64,000 nucleotides of DNA, taken from NCBI GenBank assembly GCA_965218425.1, contig OZ244621.1:4186613-4250612 (forward strand), given 5' to 3'. Made by a program: the position numbers and the translations under genes. This stretch comes from an uncultured Candidatus Binatia bacterium (GTDB lineage: Bacteria > Desulfobacterota > Binatia > UBA9968 > CAXXLF01). The notes below the pieces were generated by a model. That model was given only the letters and a program-made list of their open reading frames with translations. It was not told where the DNA came from and ran no database searches. Below are positions 1 to 8,119 of the stretch, in pieces. Within the stretch, counting starts at the first letter, position 1. Each line of letters begins with the position of its first letter.

Positions 1-826
1 CGACTTTAACGGGTCGATTCGAGGCCTGAGCCAGGTAGTAGGCGCACAGGGCTTCTTCATAGCCCTCTTTTCCGCCAAAGGACCCACCCATAGTCACCGG
101 ATGAACGATGATCCTTTCCTCCGGAATGCCGATATGAGTGGCCAGCCAATGACGCACTCGAAAGCTGGATTGATGTCCGAACCAAACCAAGATTCTTCCG
201 CTCTTGTCTATTTCCACCACGCAGGCACGAGGCTCAATAAAACCCTGGTGAACCATATGGGTCCTAAAGGTGTTTTCAAAAACCCTGTCGGATTCGGCAA
301 ATCCCGCTTCCGTATCCCCCTTTGACGCAACCACGACGGTCTGAACATTTTTCATATAGGGGGCCATGTTGGGAGGACCAAGGTACGATGGATAGTCGGG
401 GTGAAGGACTGGAGCCTCAGGTGTCAACGCTTCAAACGGGTCAAAAACCGCCGGCAGTTCATCGTATTCTACGTCAATGTGATTGAGGGCCTCTTCTGCA
501 ATGTCTTTATCCATAGCTGCGACACCCGCGATCTTCTCGCCCACGTAACGTACTCGGTCCAGAGCAAAAACGGGCTTGTCCTGTAAAGTGTACCCTTCCA
601 GCCGCGGTGATATGTCTTTTCCGGTAACAACCGCCTTCACTCCGTGAAGGCGAAGGGCCCGGCTCACATCGATATTCAGGATTCGCGCGTGGGAGAAGGG
701 ACTGCGGAGATATTTGCCCCATAGGGCGGAAGGCCTGATGACATCCGCCGTGTAAACACATGTCCCTCCCACTTTGGATACACCTTCCACCCTGGGCAAC
801 CCCCGACCAACGGAATTTCGCGTCAT
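1..826 (-). CDS. Xanthine dehydrogenase / CO dehydrogenase-family molybdopterin-binding large subunit, N-terminal ~275 codons (3' end lies beyond window start)
   Basis: Not in the ORF track because there is no stop inside the window. Hand translation of the minus strand from ATG at 826 (GAGGT ~8 nt upstream): MTRNSVGRGLPRVEGVSKVGGTCVYTADVIRPSALWGKYLRSPFSHARILNIDVSRALRLHGVKAVVTGKD...RVRYVGEKIAGVAAMDKDIAEEALNHIDVEYDELPAVFDP...HMVHQGFIEPRACVVEID. Typical N-terminal architecture of this family and paralogous to 1854-4160. Confidence 0.8.
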   Translation of the reverse strand, partial: MTRNSVGRGLPRVEGVSKVGGTCVYTADVIRPSALWGKYLRSPFSHARILNIDVSRALRLHGVKAVVTGKDISPRLEGYTLQDKPVFALDRVRYVGEKIAGVAAMDKDIAEEALNHIDVEYDELPAVFDPFEALTPEAPVLHPDYPSYLGPPNMAPYMKNVQTVVVASKGDTEAGFAESDRVFENTFRTHMVHQGFIEPRACVVEIDKSGRILVWFGHQSSFRVRHWLATHIGIPEERIIVHPVTMGGSFGGKEGYEEALCAYYLAQASNRPVKV

Positions 827-1054
827 GGATTCTTACCTCTTCTGATTCACACACTCCAGCTATTGTACTTCTAAAGGTTTACGAGTCGCTACCCCCATCT
901 CCGGATTCTTAAATGGTCGATCTGCTATCCTCTCCTGGAGCGGGAAAATAGAGATATAAAGTGAGCGCCCATACTCCTATTACCTTGCCTGAACGGGTGA
1001 GCTTAAAGCACGAATTGCAGTTTAGGCGGTCTAACGTTGGCCTGTCAATTACGT

Positions 1055-1255
1055 CTACGGCTTACTGCCAACACCCTGTTGCCTTTTTTCTCCCGGCGCA
1101 TTGTGCCATGCGCTTTGCGTAGTCCTCTTGGTGTCTATCTGAGATTACTTTTCTCCTTTCCTTTTCTATGTTCGATCCTCTATCCTCCATCCTTGATTCT
1201 ACCCGCTCAGTCGTCAATCCTCGTTACTCAGCACTAAATGCTCTTTGCTTCCCGA
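1055..1255 (+). repeat. Pyrimidine-rich mosaic intergenic repeat, copy A
   Basis: C/T-rich on the + strand. Contains words shared with other copies: CTTACTGCC, GCCATGCGCTTTGCGTAGTCCT, TCGATCCTCTATCCTCC (cf. 8211-8226), CTCAGT...CTCGTTACTCAGCAC (cf. 60721-60742). Confidence 0.6.
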
Positions 1256-1284
1256 TTGACAGACACTAGAAACAAAGCTAGAGG
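1256..1284 (+). promoter_or_regulatory. Candidate sigma70-type promoter (TTGACA-17 nt-TAGAGG) upstream of the decayed coxM-like gene
   Basis: Perfect -35 TTGACA at 1256-1261, 17-nt spacer, weak -10 TAGAGG at 1279-1284. The same TTGACA-N17-TA.AGG layout recurs at 60767-60795. Confidence 0.35.
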
Positions 1285-1352
1285 AGAGTAATTGTGACCT
1301 GCAAACCTTGGTTCAACCCTAGGTGCCATGCCAACATGAAACTAACCAACCC

Positions 1353-1618
1353 ATGAAACCGGCCAACTTTCAATACTATGATCCCACGACCATCGGGGAA
1401 GTAGTGGATCTGCTTTCCCAATTGGGTGACCAGGCTCGTCCCCTGGCGGGGGGACAGAGTCTCGTCCCCCTAATGAACTTTCGTCTCCTCAGGCCGGCGC
1501 ATCTGATCGATCTCAACGGAGTGAGAGAACTCAGCTATTTGAGAGTGAGAAACGGTGAGCTGCGGATTGGCGCCATGACCCGCCAGCGTCAGCTAGAGCG
1601 CTCAACTGAGGTGGCAAG
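1353..1618 (+). pseudogene. N-terminal fragment of a CoxM/XdhB-type FAD-binding medium subunit
   Basis: From ATG 1353: MKPANFQYYDPTTIGEVVDLLSQLGDQARPLAGGQSLVPLMNFRLLRPAHLIDLNGVRELSYLRVRNGELRIGAMTRQRQLERSTEVAR. This matches only the first ~90 residues of the FAD-binding (PCMH) subunit. The frame then runs into unrelated residues and stops at 1676. Confidence 0.75.
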
Positions 1619-1879
1619 AAGTTTTGGGGGCACCACGGATTGCAATGCGGGTTTTGTACACCAGGAATCCTGTTGACAGCACAAGCTCTCCTCACGGAAA
1701 AGCCGGACCCAAGCGAGGAGGACATTCACCAGTGGATCAGCGGCAACCTGCGCCGCTGTACCGGTTATAAAAATATTGTGACCGCAATCCGAGAAGCGGC
1801 AAAGGCCCTGGCGGCTGAACAACCGTCAGATCTTTGCGGGGTTAACACAGCAGATGGCATACATTGGCGCGAGAGTTAG
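1610..1879 (+). pseudogene. C-terminal fragment of a CoxS-type [2Fe-2S] small subunit
   Basis: A different + frame, open after TGA at 1607-1609, reads GGKKFLGHHGLQCGFCTPGILLTAQALLTEKPDPSEEDIHQWISGNLRRCTGYKNIVTAIREAAKALAAEQ. This is only the second (CGFCTPG ... C.CTGY) cluster region. The ferredoxin-like N-terminal half is missing, and the usual CRCTGY ligand motif reads RRCTGY (CGC CGC TGT). Confidence 0.75.
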
Positions 1880-4160
1880 ACGAAAAGAAGACTTAAGGCT
1901 ACTGCGGGGCACGGGAAAGTACGTTGCCGATATCCACCGTGTCGGCATGGTTCATGCGGCCATTCTACGCAGCACCCATGCCCATGCCCGCATTATCAAT
2001 ATCGACGCCACGGCAGCGACAAACCTTCCGGGGGTTATCGGTATCTTGACCGCGGCAGATATCCCCGGTATGAAGACCATCCCTATGCGCACCGGACGCA
2101 TCGATGGCATGGAACGGTCGCAACAGACGCCGCTGGCCACCACCACCGTTCGTTACGTTGGTGATCCGGTGGCAGTGGTGGCGGCGGAAACCCGATACCT
2201 TGCCGAAGATGCCCTGGAGCTCGTTGAGGTGGAATACAAGCCGCTGGGCGTAGTAACAGACTCCCGGGAGAGCATGCAAGCGGGCGCCCCGCAACTCCAC
2301 GAGACCGTGCCCAACAACACCCCGGCTGACTTTCAGGTCAATGTGGGGGATGTGGAAGCTGCCTTCAAGGATTCCGATCTGATCTTGGAGGAAGAGTTCT
2401 CGACCAATCGTCATGCGGCGGTGCCACTGGAAACCCGTGGTCTGGTGGCCGAGTACGACGAAGGGCGCAGACAACTCACGGTGTGGGGCCCCACCAAGAT
2501 GACCCACACGAATTGGCGCATGCTCTCAGACCACCTTGGTCTGCCGCAGAGCTCCATTCAGTTTATCGAACCAGACGTGGGCGGCGGTTTCGGTGCACGG
2601 GGAGAATTTTATCCCGAAGACTTTTTGATTCCCTTCGCCTCCATCCATTTTCGTAGGCCCATCTGTTGGATCGAAGACCGTTCAGAGAACCTGAAGGCCA
2701 TGAACCAGTCGCGCCAGCAAAAGTATCGAGTCAAGGTAGGAGTTAAAAAAGACGGCACCATCATGGCACTGGATGCCGAGATGTTGTTCGATATGGGCGG
2801 TTATACGAGGACCCATGGTGGAACTCCGGCAATATCCGCCTCCTCCATTCTAAGAGGTCCCTATCGCATTAAGAACTATCGCCTCGACGTGTTCTGCGTG
2901 CTCACGAACAAGACTCCGGTTGGCACTTACCGCGCCCCGGGACGTTACGAGGCCAATTTCGTACGCGAGCGCTTGTTAGACATGGTGGCAGGCCGCCTGG
3001 GATTGGATCCTGCTGAACTTAGAAGGCGCAATTTGATTCGCCACGACGACATGCCCTACGACCTTGGCAAGCATCCCTTTAACTCCTGGGTTTTGGATAC
3101 CGGTGATTACCCCGCACAGTTTGAGAATGCCCTCGCGCGCATCAAATACGAGAAGCTCAAGGTTGATTGCCTCGCGGCAAAACGAGAGGGCCGTGCCCTT
3201 GGGATTGGAATCGGCTGTTTTGTCGAAAGCAGTGGCATCGGGCCCTGGGAGTACGCACGAGTAGAAGTGGATAATACGGGTCAGGTGGTACTCTACTCGG
3301 GCTGCAACTCCCTGGGACAGGGCATTGCCACTGCCCTGAGCCAGATTGTGGCAGACGAACTCCTGGTATCCATCGAGGACGTACGGGTCGTTCATGGGGA
3401 TACCGCAAAGGTCCCCTTTGGCAACGGCAGCAACGCCAGCCGCTCAGTGGTTATGGCGGGTAGCGCCGCCGTGGGAGCATCACGCAAAGTCAAGGAGAAG
3501 CTCCTGCAGCTGGCCTCCATCGCACTGGAGATCCAACCAGCAGATCTTTTCCTTCGGAACGGAAGGGTCGTGGCCCAGGGGGCGCCGGGACGTTCCATGG
3601 GATTTGCCGATCTTGCGCGATTGGCATTGCCCGGGACGGCGCTAAAACAGGGCGTCACACCGGGCATATCCGAGGAAGACTTTTTCGCCAGCGACAAGCG
3701 CCCTTTCCCCTATGGTGCGCACATTGCCGTGGTGGAAGTGGACCGGATAACCGGCACTGTCAAAATCCTGGAATACCTGGTGATAGAAGACGTGGGCAGA
3801 AAGATCAATCCTATGATTGTGGAAGGACAGGTGATGGGCGGTCTGGCCCAGGGCATTGGCGGCGCGCTGCTGGAAGAATTCGTGTACGACAGCGATGGCC
3901 AACCCCAGGCCACCAGCTTTATGGATTACCTGATGCCCACAGCCATGGAGATGCCCAAGGCCGTCCATCTGATTTCCACCGAGGATTTTCCCACGCCCCT
4001 CAATCCGCTGGGGGTCAAAGGTGCCGGTGAGGGGGGGATCAGTGCCGCCGGTGCAGCCCTGGCCAATGCGGTATCCAATGCCCTCGGTGTGAACGTAACC
4101 AAACTACCCTTGAAACCCGATTACCTCTGGGAATTGATCAAAAAGAGTAACGTTCGATGA
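1854..4160 (+). CDS. Xanthine dehydrogenase-family molybdopterin-binding large subunit (CoxL-like, not form I CODH)
   Basis: 768-aa ORF: MAYIGARVRRKEDLRLLRGTGKYVADI..., GTYRAPGRYEANFVRERLLD, EDVGRKINPMIVEGQVMGGLAQGIG, NPLGVKGAGEGG. Lacks the VAYRCSFR signature of form I CODH. Confidence 0.85.
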   Translation: MAYIGARVRRKEDLRLLRGTGKYVADIHRVGMVHAAILRSTHAHARIINIDATAATNLPGVIGILTAADIPGMKTIPMRTGRIDGMERSQQTPLATTTVRYVGDPVAVVAAETRYLAEDALELVEVEYKPLGVVTDSRESMQAGAPQLHETVPNNTPADFQVNVGDVEAAFKDSDLILEEEFSTNRHAAVPLETRGLVAEYDEGRRQLTVWGPTKMTHTNWRMLSDHLGLPQSSIQFIEPDVGGGFGARGEFYPEDFLIPFASIHFRRPICWIEDRSENLKAMNQSRQQKYRVKVGVKKDGTIMALDAEMLFDMGGYTRTHGGTPAISASSILRGPYRIKNYRLDVFCVLTNKTPVGTYRAPGRYEANFVRERLLDMVAGRLGLDPAELRRRNLIRHDDMPYDLGKHPFNSWVLDTGDYPAQFENALARIKYEKLKVDCLAAKREGRALGIGIGCFVESSGIGPWEYARVEVDNTGQVVLYSGCNSLGQGIATALSQIVADELLVSIEDVRVVHGDTAKVPFGNGSNASRSVVMAGSAAVGASRKVKEKLLQLASIALEIQPADLFLRNGRVVAQGAPGRSMGFADLARLALPGTALKQGVTPGISEEDFFASDKRPFPYGAHIAVVEVDRITGTVKILEYLVIEDVGRKINPMIVEGQVMGGLAQGIGGALLEEFVYDSDGQPQATSFMDYLMPTAMEMPKAVHLISTEDFPTPLNPLGVKGAGEGGISAAGAALANAVSNALGVNVTKLPLKPDYLWELIKKSNVR

Positions 4161-4200
4161 GGCGTCCAGAGATATACGGCAGTGTGAGGGCTCCACGAAA

Positions 4201-4707
4201 ATGGCACCCATGAACGAAAGTGCGGCCACAACCGTAGTGGAAGGCCTGAAGGCGGTTGGTGTCAGGTTGATTGTGCACCTCCCGGACAGCTGGCTTTCAG
4301 ACATCGGAGAAGTGGCCGCCGGTGATCCGGAGATTCGCTATGTTCCCGTGGCCAATGAAAGCGACGGAGCGGCCATCTGCGGTGGCGCATGGCTGGGCGG
4401 GTTGAAGGCGGCCATGGTCATGGAAAACAGCGGGCTCCTTGTTTCCACCTATGTACTGACGAGATTTCATTTGACCTTCGGTATTCCGACCCTTCTGATT
4501 GTTTCCTATCGCGGGGACTTTGGCGACGGGAACTGGTGGAGCTCCTCTGTAGGGCACGTCACCGAACCGGTCCTTGGTTCTCTCGGGATAGGGTATGAGG
4601 TGGCTCGTTCCAGAGACAGTATAAAGCCCGCCATTGCAAAGGCTGCCAAAAGCGGAGCGGCTTCCCTTGCCCCTACGGCGGTTCTACTGGGTATAGGGTC
4701 CATATGA
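4201..4707 (+). CDS. Thiamine-diphosphate enzyme, N-terminal (PYR) domain subunit, ComD / sulfopyruvate decarboxylase alpha-like
   Basis: 168 aa. ANESDGAAICGGAWLGGLKAAMVMENSGLLVSTYVLTRFHLTFGIPTLLIVSYRGDFGD matches the ComD-type E..G..I..GA.L.G.K.A...NSGL...IP.L...S.RG pattern. Confidence 0.65.
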   Translation: MAPMNESAATTVVEGLKAVGVRLIVHLPDSWLSDIGEVAAGDPEIRYVPVANESDGAAICGGAWLGGLKAAMVMENSGLLVSTYVLTRFHLTFGIPTLLIVSYRGDFGDGNWWSSSVGHVTEPVLGSLGIGYEVARSRDSIKPAIAKAAKSGAASLAPTAVLLGIGSI

Positions 4708-5330
4708 ACTCGCGCTACGAGTACCTGACCCTCTTGAACCGAGAATTGCGCGACGAGTTGATCGTGTGCAATAGCGGCGGCACACAATACGAACTGTTCA
4801 ATATCAACGATCGGAAGGCCAACTTCTACGCTCCAGGGGTAGGCGTCGTTTGCCAGGTGGCCTTGGGAATGTCCCTTGCCGTACCCGAACGGAAAGTCAT
4901 CGCCCTGGACGGAGACGGCAGTCTTCTTTTAAATCTTGGTATCCTTCCCGTTCTAGGTCATGAGCGGCCCTCTAACCTGTTGATCATCATCTTCGACAAT
5001 GGGTTTTACGAGGCTGGAGGCAACAAGCGAAGCTTGGCAGGCTTCGAGACGAGAGTAGAGGATTTGGCGAGGGGAGCAGGAATTGATTCGGTGATGCTCA
5101 TTTCGGATCTGGCGGAATTTGAAATCCATATAAAGACCAACCTCACCAGTCCCGGATTCTGCTTTTTCGTCGTAAAGACCCAGCCAGGTCGAGTCGGGGG
5201 CGATCCAAAGACCAATTCCGGAATGGAAATCAAATTTCGCTTTGCCCGCTATGTGGAAGAGAGCCTGGGACGAAGCATCTTTCAAGCACCTACGCAAAGC
5301 TTTAAAAACGCAAATCCTAGCAGTAAATAA
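4704..5330 (+). CDS. Thiamine-diphosphate enzyme, C-terminal (PP) domain subunit, ComE / sulfopyruvate decarboxylase beta-like
   Basis: 208 aa. TPP-binding motif LDGDGSLLLNLGILPVLG...IIIFDNGFYE. Its start overlaps the upstream stop (ATGA at 4704-4707), implying translational coupling. Confidence 0.65.
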   Translation: MNSRYEYLTLLNRELRDELIVCNSGGTQYELFNINDRKANFYAPGVGVVCQVALGMSLAVPERKVIALDGDGSLLLNLGILPVLGHERPSNLLIIIFDNGFYEAGGNKRSLAGFETRVEDLARGAGIDSVMLISDLAEFEIHIKTNLTSPGFCFFVVKTQPGRVGGDPKTNSGMEIKFRFARYVEESLGRSIFQAPTQSFKNANPSSK

Positions 5331-5381
5331 AACTCATCATAGTCTGCAAAGCGCCATCCGTTAAAGGAGGAGGGGACCCCA

Positions 5382-6224
5382 ATGATTATTTCAGAAAATT
5401 CTGAGTCCTATCGGATGATTACCCAAAACGACCATGGCGATCTGGCCGGTCAGTTTGCCGCCCATTGGGGAAACGAACTATTTGCGAGACTCAATCCCTA
5501 CCAACCCATGGTTCTGGCGGCAGAGGCCCACGACAACGGCTGGTGGGATTGGGACATTCATCCTTCCATTGATGACGAGGGGGCACCCCTTACCTTCACG
5601 CGAACGCCGCGGGAATTCAGGTCACACTTTTACGGCAAAGGGATCGATAACGTTATTGAGAGAGATCTCTATGCGGGTCTCATTGTCAGCATGCACGGAA
5701 CCGGATTGGTTCAACAACGATACGGGACCATGCCCTCCATGGTGAACCGGGAAGATGCATACTCCAAGAAATTCGTGTCCGAGCGTGAGCCCACCCATGA
5801 GGGCATGATTGAAAAACTCCGCAGGATGGAACCCTATGCGCTGTTAACCAGCAAGGAGCAGATCTGGCACAATTACTTGATGATGCAGGTCTTCGACCGC
5901 CTATCTCTGTTTTTTTGCTCCAACTATGACATTATGGCAGTTGCCACCAGCGGGTCCCATACCAAAGAAGGGGGGAGCTATTACGGACCGTCCATCCAAC
6001 CAACTCCTGTGAAGCCTGGTGAATCGGAAGCTGAGCTAACACTTCAAGTTCTGGACAATAAAACCGTCATCGTGGACCCTTACCCCTTCGATGAAACGCC
6101 GCTCAGGACAGGCGTTCGCGGCAAGTTGATTCCCAAGGTCAGGTACAACTCACAGGAAGAGTTCCGAGAAATCTTCGGCAAAGCGCAGCGCCAACTGTTC
6201 GAGTTTACGCTTCGGGCCAGGTAA
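5382..6224 (+). CDS. Hypothetical protein, DUF3891-like
   Basis: 280 aa with a strong RBS (AAAGGAGGAGGGG, 6 nt before ATG). The N-terminal pattern ITQNDHGDLAGQFAAHWGN...AAEAHDNGWWDWD...P.TF resembles DUF3891 as I remember it. Not verified. Confidence 0.45.
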   Translation: MIISENSESYRMITQNDHGDLAGQFAAHWGNELFARLNPYQPMVLAAEAHDNGWWDWDIHPSIDDEGAPLTFTRTPREFRSHFYGKGIDNVIERDLYAGLIVSMHGTGLVQQRYGTMPSMVNREDAYSKKFVSEREPTHEGMIEKLRRMEPYALLTSKEQIWHNYLMMQVFDRLSLFFCSNYDIMAVATSGSHTKEGGSYYGPSIQPTPVKPGESEAELTLQVLDNKTVIVDPYPFDETPLRTGVRGKLIPKVRYNSQEEFREIFGKAQRQLFEFTLRAR

Positions 6225-6388
6225 TCAGGACGGCTGGTGATCTTTGGAAGTGTACTTCGCCCATGGCATGAGTTCTTCCCCCGTTGTCAGAGATCTAATC
6301 ATCCGTGGTGAGACAATTTTCTTGGATTCTCGACATTTAGAGAATTGGCTTGAACCTGCCCGAGTCGTCAAGATAGTATGAACCAGAT

Positions 6389-7507
6389 ATGAAAGACCGA
6401 AACCAGAAATCATCCCCCACCATTGAGATCCGAGGACTATCCAAACGTTTTGTCAGTCAACGCGATCGAGTCATTGCCGTAAAAGACCTCAACCTGGACA
6501 TCAAAGCAGGTGAGTTAGTAGCCTTTTTAGGGCCTTCCGGCACGGGCAAGACTACCTTACTGCGCCTCATTGCAGGCTTCGAGAGACCGGACAGCGGGAC
6601 CATCAGCATTGATGGGCGACCTGTCGTGGACGTGAGCGGCGATATTGATGTCACTCCTGAGCGACGCAACGTGGGCATGATCTTTCAGGACTATTCCCTC
6701 TTCCCCCACCTGACGGTTGTTGACAACGTAGCCTTTGGGATCAAAAACCTCGCGGACAGCCAGCGTCGAGTGCTAGAGGTATTGGAATTGGTGGGTCTCG
6801 CCGGCATGCAAAATCGCTACCCCCACCAACTGTCCGGAGGACAGCAACAGCGGGTTGCCCTTGCACGGACCCTTGCACCCCACCCCTCTGTGATCCTCAT
6901 GGACGAGCCATTCAATGCTCTGGATGCAACCCTGCGCCCCCAGGTACGGGAACAGGTGGAGGAGATTCTCAGACAAAGCGGGACCACCGCGATACTAGTG
7001 ACCCATGATGCTGAGGAAGCCATGATCATGGCAGACCGGGTTGCTGTGGTTTGCAATGGTGGACTGGAACAGGTGGGAACACCGGAGGAGGTGTACTATC
7101 ATCCGAAAACCCTGTTTGTTGCCAAGACCGTGGCACAGGCAGACCCTCTGCCGGGAGTCGCTTTTAACGGCAATATACACACAGAGGTGGGTGATTTTCC
7201 ATGTCCGTCCAATATCCCCCCGGGAGACGTACACGTTGCGGTCTACCATGACGCGGTGAGTTACAAATCCGGCGGAATATGCGCCACGGTGGAGAAACGG
7301 GCGTTTAGGGGAGAGTTGATTTACCGCCTGCGTCTTGCCTCAGGGACCATCATACATATGGAGCAACGAACCCGGGGCACATGGTCCGTAGGAGAGCAGA
7401 TATCTATTGGGGTCTCCTTTCCTAATGTCATCGTATTTCCAGCTCAAAGTGCAGAGAAACCCACTGTCTACAGCCACCTACGGGAACAGCCCGAGAAGGC
7501 CGAATAG
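6389..7507 (+). CDS. ABC transporter ATP-binding protein (FbpC/PotA-type importer ATPase with C-terminal regulatory domain)
   Basis: Walker A GPSGTGKTT, signature LSGGQQQRVALARTL, Walker B ILMDEPFNALD, H-loop VTHD. No permease or binding protein is adjacent. Confidence 0.9.
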   Translation: MKDRNQKSSPTIEIRGLSKRFVSQRDRVIAVKDLNLDIKAGELVAFLGPSGTGKTTLLRLIAGFERPDSGTISIDGRPVVDVSGDIDVTPERRNVGMIFQDYSLFPHLTVVDNVAFGIKNLADSQRRVLEVLELVGLAGMQNRYPHQLSGGQQQRVALARTLAPHPSVILMDEPFNALDATLRPQVREQVEEILRQSGTTAILVTHDAEEAMIMADRVAVVCNGGLEQVGTPEEVYYHPKTLFVAKTVAQADPLPGVAFNGNIHTEVGDFPCPSNIPPGDVHVAVYHDAVSYKSGGICATVEKRAFRGELIYRLRLASGTIIHMEQRTRGTWSVGEQISIGVSFPNVIVFPAQSAEKPTVYSHLREQPEKAE

Positions 7508-7532
7508 AAAATTACCTAGAGCAGTTTCAGAT

Positions 7533-7625
7533 GGCTTTGCGCCATGTTCTGCAATCTCTGATCCCTACTCCTATTTATCCTCCAGCCTCGAATCTCATTC
7601 CTTGTGCCTCACCACTCAGTACCAA
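7533..7625 (+). repeat. Pyrimidine-rich mosaic intergenic repeat, copy H
   Basis: Contains TTTGCGCCATG (7536-7546), CCCTACTCC, CACTCAGTAC. Lies between convergent genes. Confidence 0.45.
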
Positions 7626-7640
7626 GCGCCTTGGCGCTTA

Positions 7641-8018
7641 TTATCCGTGGGTGGACTGACTTCCCGGAACTGTCACCGTAATATGCGACATGGAAGAGTC
7701 TGCCTTCGCGCCATGCCAATGACGCTCGCCAGCCTTGATGTGCACCACATCCCCCACCGTTATCTCACTCTCTTCTTTGTCGGTGGCCACCATGCCTCTG
7801 CCGGCAGTGATTATTAAAATCTGGTCACAGTTGTGAGTATGCCATCCCGTGGTGGCACCCTTGTGGAAGTTGACCATGTTAGAGCGAAAGTTATTGGAAT
7901 CCTCCTCACCGATAATAACTTGCCGTGTCCGGCTTACCTCGCCGCCGGTCCACCCGGGAATCGGAGTTGCGCTGTCCATGGGCTTTTCGGGCAACTTCTT
8001 AATTGTAAGTACACGCAT
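7641..8018 (-). CDS. Cupin-domain protein
   Basis: The ORF is open to 8111, but ATG at 8018 is preceded by AAGGAGGTGA with an 8-nt spacer. Cupin motifs GWHTHNCDQILIITAG and GDVVHIKAGERHWHG. Confidence 0.8.
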   Translation of the reverse strand: MRVLTIKKLPEKPMDSATPIPGWTGGEVSRTRQVIIGEEDSNNFRSNMVNFHKGATTGWHTHNCDQILIITAGRGMVATDKEESEITVGDVVHIKAGERHWHGAKADSSMSHITVTVPGSQSTHG

Positions 8019-8119
8019 ACGTATTGTCACCTCCTTATTTTTTTGGCAGTCTATTTCCCGCAGGACATGAATGTCAATTCCAATAAGTTTTGGTCGGAGC
8101 AACGACTTCACTCAATATG

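Noticed and set aside
507-854. 115-aa minus-strand ORF from the track
   Set aside because: It is out of frame with the clearly homologous CoxL-like reading frame, which starts at 826 and runs to the window edge.
1168-1188. GTTCGATCC (tRNA T-loop-like) inside repeat A
   Set aside because: The flanks cannot form a T-stem or acceptor stem. The same word recurs as TCGATCCTTTATCCTC in repeat B, so it is a repeat word, not a tRNA.
7624-7639. AAGCGCC-TT-GGCGCTT palindrome between the convergent ATPase and cupin genes as a bidirectional terminator
   Set aside because: The stem is short with a 2-4 nt loop and has no clear U-tract on either strand. It is too weak to annotate.
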